Positions 61,001-64,000 of a stretch of 64,000 bases of DNA are shown here, one piece after another; position 1 is the stretch's first letter; each line of letters starts with the position of its first letter. Position numbers and translations under genes: made by a program. Origin of the DNA: Vicinamibacterales bacterium (GTDB taxonomy: Bacteria > Acidobacteriota > Vicinamibacteria > Vicinamibacterales > UBA8438); the NCBI GenBank assembly GCA_965203565.1, contig OZ241896.1, forward strand, positions 876,182-940,181, in the 5' to 3' direction. The notes beneath the pieces are model-generated. The model was not told the DNA's origin. It did no database searches and worked only from the letters and a program-made list of their open reading frames with translations.

Positions 61001-64000
61001 GGACGATCCGGGACGACGAGCGGCCGATGCTGTCGGTGAATTCTCCGAGCGTGACGGAGGGAGACAGCGGCTCGACGAACCTGACGTTCACGGTGAGCCT
61101 GAACCCGGCGAGCGGGCGGAACGTTGCGGTGGTGTTCGGGATCACGGGGGGGACGGCGACGTCGGGCACGGACTACACGACGTCGCTGCAGAACAACCGG
61201 TTGCGTCTGCGCTTCCGGCCGGGGGAGACGAGCAAGTCGGTGTCGGTGTCGGTGCGGGGGGACACGCTCGACGAGCCGGACGAGACGGTGGTGGCGCAGT
61301 TGAGCGGGGTTTCCCTTGGCGCGGAGATCGGGACGGGAACCGGGACGGGGACGATCACGGACGACGACGACGCGCCGACGGTGTCTATCGGTTCGGCCAG
61401 CGTGACGGAGGGGAACAGCGGCTCGACGGATCTGACGTTCACGGTGAGCCTGGACGCGGCGAGCGGCAAGCAGGTGACGGTGAACTACGCGGACGCGGCG
61501 AGCGGCACGGCGACGAGCGGTGTGGACTATACGGCGCTGAGTGCGGGTCGGTTGACGTTCGCGGCGGGGGAGACGAGCAAGTCGGTGTCGGTGTCGGTGC
61601 GTGGGGACACGACGGACGAGCCGGACGAGACGGTGGTGGTGCAGTTGAGCGGGGCGACGAACGCGGCGGTGTCGTCGTCTGCGGGGCGCGGGACGGGGAC
61701 GATCACGGACGACGACGCGGCGCCGTTTCTGCGGACCGGCCCGGCGCGCGTGGCGGAGGGGGACGGCGGCTCGGCCTCGCTGACCTTCACGTTGACGCTG
61801 GTGTCGGCGAGCGGGAAGTCGGTGTCGGTGGCGTATGCGGACGCGGGGACGGGGACGGCGACGAGCGGTACGGACTACGCGGCGCTGAGTGCGGGGACGT
61901 TGACGTTTGCGGCGGGTGAGACGAGCAAGACGCTCACGGTGTCGGTGACGGGGGACACGGCGACCGAGCCGAACGAGACGGTGGTGGTGTCGCTGAGCAG
62001 TCTGACGAACGCGAGGTTCCTGACGGCGAGCATGGCGAGCGTGACGGGGACGATCACGAACGACGACAGCTTCCCGACGGCGAATGCGGGACCGGACCAG
62101 ACGGTGGACGAGGGCGACACGGTGAACCTGTCGGGGAGCGGTTCGGACGCTGACGGCTCCCCGCTGAGCTATGCGTGGAGCCAGACGGGGGGCAGTCCGA
62201 GCGTGACGCTGACGGGTTCGACGACGGCGACGCCGAGCTTCACGGCTCCGAACCTGACGTCGGACGCGACGCTGACGTTCACGCTGACGGTGACGGCGGA
62301 CTTCGAAGGCACGGCGGACGCGGTGGAGATCACGATCCGGGCGGACAACGACGGTCCGACGGCGAATGCGGGAGTGGACCAGACGGTGGACGAGGGGGAC
62401 ACGGTGAACCTGTCGGGGAGCGGTTCGGACCCCGAGAACGAGGCGCTGAGCTACTCGTGGAGCCAGACGGGGGGCAGTCCGAACGTGAGTCTGACGGGGT
62501 CGGCGACGGCGACGCCGAGCTTCACGGCGCCGTCGGGTCTGACGTCGGACGTGACGTTGACGTTCACGCTGACGGTGACGGCGGGCGGGGCGAGCGCAAC
62601 GGACACGGTGGACGTCACGGTCGAGGCGGCGGTTTTGCCGACGCTGTCGGTCGATTCTCCGAGCGTGACGGAGGGGGACAGCGGCTCGACGAACCTGACG
62701 TTCACGGTGAGTCTGAGCCCGGCGAGCACGCGGCAAGTCAACGTGGTGTTCGGGATCACGGGGGGTACGGCGACGGCGGGTACGGACTACACGACGTCGC
62801 TGCAGAACAACCGGTTGCGGCTGCGCTTCCGGCCGGGGGAAACGCGCAAGACGGTGTCGGTGTCGGTGCGGGGGGACACGCTCGACGAGCCGGACGAGAC
62901 GGTGGTGGCGCGGTTGAGCGGGGTTTCCTTTGACGCGCAGATCGGGACGGGCGCCGGGACGGGGACGATCACGGACGACGACGACGCGCCGACGGTGTCG
63001 ATCGGTTCGGCCAGCGTGACGGAGGGGAACAGCGGCTCGACGGATCTGACGTTCACGGTGAGCCTGTCTGCGGCGAGCGGCAAGCAGGTGACGGTGAACT
63101 ACGCGGACGCGGGGACGGGGACGGCGACGAGCGGTGTGGACTACGCGGCGCTGAGTGCGGGGCGGTTGACGTTCGCGGCGGGGGAGACGAGCAAGTCGGT
63201 GACGGTGTCGGTGCGTGGGGACACGCTCGACGAGCCGGACGAGACGGTGGTGGTGCAGTTGAGCGGGGCGACGAACGCGGCGGTGTCGTCGTCTGCGGGG
63301 AGCGGGACGGGGACGATCACGGACGACGACGCGGCGCCGCTGCTGCGGACCGGCCCGGCGAGCGTGACGGAGGGGGACAGCGGCCCGGCCTCGCTGACCT
63401 TCACGTTGACGCTGCTGGCGGCGAGCGGCAAGCCGGTGACGGTGGCGTATGCGGATGCGGGCACGGGGACGGCGACGAGCGGCACGGACTACACGGCGCT
63501 GAGTGCGGGGACGTTGACGTTCGCGGCGGGGGAGACGAGCAAGACGCTCACGGTGTCGGTGACGGGGGACACGGAGGCCGAGACGAACGAGACGGTGGTG
63601 GTGTCGCTGAGCAGTCTGACGAACGCGAGGTTCCTGACGGCGAGCATGGCCAGGCTGACGGGGACGATCACGGACGACGACAGCTTCCCGACGGCGAATG
63701 CGGGAGCGGACCAGACGGTGGACGAGGGGGACACGGTGAACCTGTCGGGGAGCGGTTCGGACCCTGACGGCGATCCGGTGAGCTATGCGTGGAGCCAGTC
63801 GGGCGGCAGCCCGGCGGTGACTTTGACGGGGGCGACGACGGCGACGCCGAGCTTCACGGCGCCGAACCTGACGTCGGACGCGGTTCTGACGTTCACGCTG
63901 ACGGTGACGGCGAACTTCGAAGGCGCGACGGACACGGTGGACGTCACCGTCCGGGCGGACAACGACGGCCCGACGGCGAACGCGGGACAGGACCAGACGG
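46066..64000 (+). CDS. Giant secreted Calx-beta / PKD-like multi-repeat protein (>5,978 aa, 3' end beyond window)
   Basis: Absent from ORF track (no stop in window). GTG 46066 (alternative GTG 46045): MRPLRAARFVVGLLTAAVSWTFAVDAAAQDGAPTLSIDSPRVAEGHSGSTSLTFTVTLAPASHKTVTAPYADSRTGTATAGADYNALAPGTLTFTAGETSKTITVSVIGDTAAESDETVVVAL..GTIADDD (canonical Calx-beta). I hand-checked frame 1 as open at 47521-48240 and 49141-49740, and it is still in frame at 63961 (NDGPTANAGQDQT). There are roughly fifty ~95-120-aa beta-sandwich modules. Confidence 0.85.
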   Translation, partial: MRPLRAARFVVGLLTAAVSWTFAVDAAAQDGAPTLSIDSPRVAEGHSGSTSLTFTVTLAPASHKTVTAPYADSRTGTATAGADYNALAPGTLTFTAGETSKTITVSVIGDTAAESDETVVVALGKADGAAVGTAAGTGTIADDDTAPALSIDSPRVNEGDEGAVNLTFTVTLAPTSTKEVTVGYAEGAGGTATAGADYNALAPGTLTFAAGDARKTVTVSVIPDTKAEPNETVVVTLSKPENATIARATGTGTITDDDAARPSLSIAGATVTEGTGGSTDLTFTVTLSAASAAGVTVDYATGTGGTAVSGTDYTAVSGTLTFTANDTTETLSVPVTTDATDENDETVTVILSNPVNATISTASGVGTITDDDAPPTVSIASARAAEGDSGSNDLEFTVSLGAVSGREITVDYATGTGGTAVSGTDYTAVSGTLTFAAGVTNRTVTVATIGDTTDEPNETVVVALRNAVNASLGAATATGTITDDDDPPTVTLSLSSGSISEASGTTAVSATLSHASSAATTIAIPARSLAWTVPADASITIPAGATANSADTVTLTAIDNTSDEPDRRYTVTGSASNAIGAGAVTGAALTITDDDPSPGGQCASEGVDLQFAVSPGTIAENGGTATVTVKALAPDLAVVQVLFGFSGATQGTHFTVTGSGTAQSGVGWLLGVPGGAARTTSTFTVTAQDNSDFETRTLRMDIAVLNVAGCSFPSQEVVIRDDDAALVTSAVSGQATEAGGAATFTVRLASRPTASVSVALSSADSGEGTVSPTNLTFTRTNWNSPQTVTVTGVDDDFHDGDRRYAVRLGRPATTDAGYGRLGPREVSVSTTDDESPPRVTLSVSPSSVSENGGTARVSATLGVASEAATTITISPVSGAYTVGSDATITIPAGATANAADTVTVTAVDNGADEVDRTPIVTGTASNPLGVGAVTGAVLTLTDDDGAPTVILSVSPARISEAGGTATIRAALSSAFSSDIEVSVSGLLGVYRVPDTAIVIRAGSTTSENTLTLTAANNPTDAPDRALVISGRARYTTDSGAAATAAVRPASLTIVDDDLPSGSSPIFINARGQRTSESSAGTGTTFAIGFHVILSHPARSEGVTVDYAVTSGTATAGQDYRAGRDFANVLRGGGTVLGGTLTFAAGEQRKWIYLEGLKDGVTEPVETVVVGLSNATNATIGQATIRSTISDGALPPYLTISPVHQYTGEGGVMRFSVTMDSLASGTVTVDYADAGTGTATSGSDYTAVTSGTLTMGSLVEYIQVQTLNDTVDEENHETFVLRLSNATNATFTDNAATTTGTGIIVDDDAPPTVSIDSPTVAEGDSGRRNLDFTVTLGSASGRTVEATYRDVAGTADTRDYVEVRGTLTFAPGETSKTVSVPVKGDTTDEEDETLDLLLTSNHLTLTASSRRATGTITDDDDEPQLGISAGSVTEGDDGSTTLTFTVSLSAASGKSVTVEYEDAGTGTAASGADYTALPAGTLTFAAGETSKTVTVSVTGDETDEPNETVVLELSDPVNATISTASASGTITDDDDAATVTLSLSPDSLAEGGRDEVSTVTATLDRATGRETVVTVSAAAGTNAAASDFRLSSNTELRIAAGATSSTGTVTITAVDNAADQPTRSVTVSGSAASDLEIRDPSAVTLTITDDDPAPTAAIDSPSVTEGDDGDTALLGFTVSLSAASGKTVEVAYGEDATESTAESGTDYTAVGSGKVTFTPGETKKTIAVSVTGDELDEDDETVSIKLTSAKEATINTSGDSGTGTITDDDDEPSLSISSPSVSEGDSGATDLAFTVTLDAASGRRITVAYADAGTGSARSGTDYAAISGGALTFAAGETSKTVTVSVRGDTADEPNETVVVALSSPTNATVSATAGRGTGTITDDDDAPTVTLALSRTSIAESGATNSATVTASLDRASSEDTTVTVSAAAGAATAATDFTLSASPTLTIAAGSTSSSGTVTVTAVDNTRDEADKSVTVSGSATNSQGITQPSAVTLAITDDDDAPTLSIDAPSVAEGNSGSADLTFTVSLDAASGKEITVAYAEGTGGTATSGADYTAPSGGTLTFAAGETSKTVTVSVRGDTTDEPNETVVVALSSPTNATVSATAGSGAGTITDDDDAPTVTLVLSRSSIAESGAANSTTVTASLDHPSSSATTITVAAAAGAATAATDFALSSNTTLTIAAGGTTSSGTVTVTAGDNTRDDPDKSVTVSGTATNAQGITQPAAVTLTITDDDDAPTVTLALSRSSIAESGATNAATVTASLDRASSQQTTVTVSAAPGANAANGDFSLSASPTLTIAAGATSSSGTVTVTAVDNTRDQVDKSVTVSGSAANSQGITQPSSVTLTITDDDGAPTLSIDAPSVTEGDSGSANLTFTVSLRPASGRQVTVNYAEGTGGTATSGTDYTALSGGMLTFAAGETSKTVTVQVRGDTTDEPNETVVVALSGATNATVSATAGRGTGTITDDDDAPKVTLALSRTSIAESGATNAATVTASLDRASSASTTVTVSAAPGAATAAGDFSLSSNTTLTIAAGSTSSSGTVTVTAVDNTRDQVNKSVTVSGSAANSQGITQPSSVTLTITDDDGAPTLSIDAPSVTEGDSGSANLTFTVSLSPASGRQVTVNYAEGTGGTATAGTDYTALSGGMLTFAAGETSKTVTVQVRGDTTDEPNETVVVALSSPTNATVSSTAGTGTGTITDDDDAPTVTLALSRTSIAESGATNAATVTASLDRASSASTTVTVSAAPGAATAAGDFSLSSNTTLTIAAGATSSTGSVSVTAVDNTQDAANKSVTVSGSATNSQGITQPAAVTLTITDDDGAPTLSIDAPSVTEGDSGSANLTFTVSLSPASGRQVTVNYAEGTGGTATSGTDYTALSGGMLTFAAGDTSKTVTVSVRGDTTDEPNETVVVALSSPTNATVSATAGRGTGTINDDDATPKVTLALSRTSITESGATNAATVTASLDRASSASTTVTVSAAAGANAAAGDFRLSSNATLTIAAGSTSSSGTVTVTAVDNSTDEADKSVTVSGSATNSQGITQPAAVTLTITDDDDAPTLSIDAPSVTEGDSGSANLTFTVSLSPASGRQVTVNYAEGTGGTATSGTDYTALSGGMLTFAAGDTSKTVTVQVRGDTTDEPHQTVVVQLSGPTNASLATASGTGTIRDDDALPSLSVSSPSVTEGDSGTKNLTFTVTLSAASEKRVRTVFALTGGTATLGTDYTTTLGRNPPRSSLVFSAGQTSRSVSVTVRGDTTDEPDETVVARLSGAQNAVIGTGTGTGTITNDDAAPTVTANAGSDQTVDEGDSVSLSGSGSGPAGEALSYAWRQTGGSPSVTLTGSATATPSFTAPNLTSNATLTFTLTVTAGGSSATDAVAITVRADNDGPTANAGQDQTVDAGDTVNLSGSGSDPENEALSYSWSQTGGSPNVSLTGSATATPSFTAPSGLTSDAVLTFTLTVTAGGASATDTVAITVEAPAALPTLSIDSPSVNEGDSGSANLTFTVTLSAASASQVTVAYADAGTGTATSGTDYTALPSGTLTFSAGDTSKTITVSVTGDTTYESNETVVVQLSSPTNATVSSSAGSGTGTIRDDERPMLSVNSPSVTEGDSGSTNLTFTVSLNPASGRNVAVVFGITGGTATSGTDYTTSLQNNRLRLRFRPGETSKSVSVSVRGDTLDEPDETVVAQLSGVSLGAEIGTGTGTGTITDDDDAPPVSIGSASVTEGNSGSTDLTFTVSLDAASGKQVTVNYADAGTGTATSGADYAALSAGRLTFAAGETSKSVSVSVRGDTTDEPDETVVVQLSGATNAAVSSSAGSGTGTITDDDAAPFLRTGPARVAEGDSGPASLTFTLTLVSASGKSVSVAYADAGTGTATSGTDYAALSAGTLTFAAGETSKTLTVSVTGDTATEPNETVVVSLSSLTNARFLTSSMARLTGTITNDDSFPTANAGPDQTVDEGDTVSLSGSGSDADGSPLSYAWSQTGGSPSVTLTGSTTATPSFTAPNLTSDATLTFTLTVTADFEGAADAVEITIRADNDGPTANAGPDQTVDEGDTVNLSGTGSDPEGDPVSYSWSQTGGSPNVTLTGSTTATPSFTAPSGLTSDAVLTFTLTVTAGGASATDTVAVTVQAPTPAALPSLSIDSPSVTEGDSGTASLTFTVTLSAASGSAVTVGYADAGTGTATSGTDYTALPSGTLTFAAGETSKTVTVLVRGDTTDEAHQTVVVQLSGATNASISTASGTGTIRDDDALPSLSVNSPSVTEGDSGTKNLTFTVTLSAASEKRVRTVFALTGGTATLGTDYTTTLLRNRSSLVFSAGDTSKSVSVSVRGDTTDEPDETVVARLSGPQNAVVGTGTGTGTITDDDDAPTVSIGSASATEGNSGTTDLTFTVSLSAASGKSVSVAYADAGTGTATSGADYTALSAGRVTFSAGDTSKAVTVSVRGDTTDEPNETVVVTLSSPTNTSISTASGTGTITDDDAAPTVTLALSRSAIAESGTTNSTAVTARLNHASSAATTVTVSAAASTNAVSGDFSLSSNRTLTIAAGSTSSTGVVTVTAVDNTQVAANKSVTVSGSATNSQGIVQPSSVTLTITEDELTVNAGQDQTVTEGAGVSLSGSGSDPENRPLSYSWSQTGGSPSVTLTGSTTATPSFTAPNLTSDATLTFTLTVTAGGASGTDTVAVTVQADNDDPTANAGQDQTVTEGDTVNLSGSGSDPEGETLSYSWSQTGGSPNVTLTGSTTATPSFTAPELKANAVLTFTLTVTAGGASATDSVAVTVQADDDGLTVDAGADQTVDAGDTVNLSGSGSDPEGDPVSYSWSQTGGSPNVTLTGSTTATPSFTAPSVTADATLTFRLLVRAGSDSAADTVDVTVRAAALPTLSIDSPSVNEGDSGSANLTFTVTLSAASASQVTVAYADAGTGTATSGTDYTALPSGTLTFSAGDTSKTITVSVTGDTTYESNETVVVQLSSPTNATVSSSAGSGTGTIRDDERPMLSVNSPSVTEGDSGSTNLTFTVSLNPASGRNVAVVFGITGGTATSGTDYTTSLQNNRLRLRFRPGETSKSVSVSVRGDTLDEPDETVVAQLSGVSLGAEIGTGTGTGTITDDDDAPTVSIGSASVTEGNSGSTDLTFTVSLDAASGKQVTVNYADAASGTATSGVDYTALSAGRLTFAAGETSKSVSVSVRGDTTDEPDETVVVQLSGATNAAVSSSAGRGTGTITDDDAAPFLRTGPARVAEGDGGSASLTFTLTLVSASGKSVSVAYADAGTGTATSGTDYAALSAGTLTFAAGETSKTLTVSVTGDTATEPNETVVVSLSSLTNARFLTASMASVTGTITNDDSFPTANAGPDQTVDEGDTVNLSGSGSDADGSPLSYAWSQTGGSPSVTLTGSTTATPSFTAPNLTSDATLTFTLTVTADFEGTADAVEITIRADNDGPTANAGVDQTVDEGDTVNLSGSGSDPENEALSYSWSQTGGSPNVSLTGSATATPSFTAPSGLTSDVTLTFTLTVTAGGASATDTVDVTVEAAVLPTLSVDSPSVTEGDSGSTNLTFTVSLSPASTRQVNVVFGITGGTATAGTDYTTSLQNNRLRLRFRPGETRKTVSVSVRGDTLDEPDETVVARLSGVSFDAQIGTGAGTGTITDDDDAPTVSIGSASVTEGNSGSTDLTFTVSLSAASGKQVTVNYADAGTGTATSGVDYAALSAGRLTFAAGETSKSVTVSVRGDTLDEPDETVVVQLSGATNAAVSSSAGSGTGTITDDDAAPLLRTGPASVTEGDSGPASLTFTLTLLAASGKPVTVAYADAGTGTATSGTDYTALSAGTLTFAAGETSKTLTVSVTGDTEAETNETVVVSLSSLTNARFLTASMARLTGTITDDDSFPTANAGADQTVDEGDTVNLSGSGSDPDGDPVSYAWSQSGGSPAVTLTGATTATPSFTAPNLTSDAVLTFTLTVTANFEGATDTVDVTVRADNDGPTANAGQDQT
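53131..55560 (+). repeat. Intragenic tandem array, 699-bp (233-aa) unit = Calx-beta + non-canonical B module; about 3.5 near-identical copies
   Basis: CTGTCGATCGACGCGCCGAGCGTG recurs at 53131, 53830, 54529 and 55228 (exactly 699 nt apart). More diverged A/B pairs extend back to ~50.3 kb (e.g. 52081). Confidence 0.85.
55918..56478 (+). other. PKD/REJ-like Ig-fold module pair inside giant CDS
   Basis: ..PTVTANAGSDQTVDEGDSVSLSGSGSGPAGEALSYAWRQTGGSPSVTLTGSATATPSFTAPNLTSNATLTFTLTVTAGGSSATDAVAITV.. occurs twice. Confidence 0.65.
56480..58260 (+). repeat. Intragenic ~1.8-kb segment (4 Calx-beta + 1 PKD-like) duplicated 4,188 nt downstream
   Basis: Antisense track ORFs 56985..57281, 57339..57602, 57687..57932 and 57981..58214 reappear at +4188 with 0-3 aa differences. 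Confidence 0.8.
57883..58450 (+). other. PKD/REJ-like module pair inside giant CDS
   Basis: Same motif (FPTANAGPDQTVDEGDTVSLSGSGSDADGSPLSYAWSQTGGSP...). Confidence 0.65.
59836..60668 (+). other. PKD/REJ-like module triplet inside giant CDS
   Basis: Three consecutive copies of the A(N/D)AGxDQTVxxGxxVxLSGSGSDPExxxLSYSWSQTGGSP motif. Confidence 0.65.
60668..62448 (+). repeat. Second copy of the ~1.8-kb intragenic segment
   Basis: See 56480-58260. A third, more diverged partial copy starts about 1,614 nt further on (61173 vs 62787). Confidence 0.8.
62071..62630 (+). other. PKD/REJ-like module pair inside giant CDS
   Basis: Same motif; part of the +4188 duplicate. Confidence 0.65.
63685..64000 (+). 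other. PKD/REJ-like modules inside giant CDS, continuing past the window end
   Basis: FPTANAGADQTVDEGDTVNLSGSGSDPDGDPVSYAWSQSGGSPAVTLTG...; a second module starts at ~63964. Confidence 0.6.

Noticed and set aside
55582-62736. 2,384-aa minus-strand ORF (longest ORF in the supplied track), plus the similar 52864..55473(-), 48415..50922(-), 45955..48024(-) and 46122..49583(+) ORFs
   Set aside because: The translations are Arg/His/Pro-rich low-complexity sequences that mirror the repeat periodicity of the opposite or offset frame. The real gene is + frame 1 (46066 to 64000), which gives clean Calx-beta/PKD motifs. These ORFs stay open only because of the high GC and repeat structure.
46066-64000. 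Regularly spaced repeats considered as a possible CRISPR array or satellite
   Set aside because: The repeat units are 290-700 nt, contiguous without unique spacers, and maintain one open reading frame with protein-domain motifs. They are coding tandem repeats, not CRISPR.

Overview
High-GC (roughly 70% by eye) chromosomal window from a diderm bacterium; the taxon cannot be assigned without a database search. All family calls come from motif recognition by eye, and start codons are approximate.

Layout:
1. 1-1868(-): 5' part of a secreted tandem-repeat surface protein, with a 16-nt poly-G tract inside its first 25 codons.
2. 1.9-5.9 kb: a cluster of nested mobile elements. A DDE/rve transposase pseudogene carries an internal deletion, a frameshift, a 1,967-bp IR-bounded HNH (DUF222-like) element with an 8-bp target duplication, and copies of a 158-bp MITE.
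3. Housekeeping gap-pgk-tpiA-secG-tRNA-Leu(GAG).
4. SDR, a UbiA/DprE1-like/DprE2-like triad, a PQQ propeller, a BNR-like propeller, NhaC, TreT, VOC, PAP2, and a MATE-like transporter preceded by a promoter-leader-terminator.
5. A porin / FMN-binding / membrane-domain::ApbE operon.
6. proC, ydjM-like, sixA, yggT, M1 peptidase, membrane protein.
7. 32.9-38.3 kb: a lower-GC island with a ParB-HTH-only protein, a small RHH/Zn-ribbon ORF, a SAM-MTase::HNH fusion, DndC and DndA. This is a Dnd-like core without DndD/DndE and is my top candidate for an undescribed system.
8. trmFO-xerC and an ABC-F ATPase.
9. An ECF sigma/anti-sigma operon bracketed by two inverted MITE copies.
10. 46066 to 64000(+): the first ~5,978 codons of a giant Calx-beta/PKD-like repeat protein, preceded by a 17-nt poly-C tract and containing near-identical 0.7-1.8-kb internal repeats.

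Both giant genes are missing from the supplied ORF track because they have no stop codon inside the window. Most long track ORFs in those regions are antisense or off-frame artefacts of high GC.
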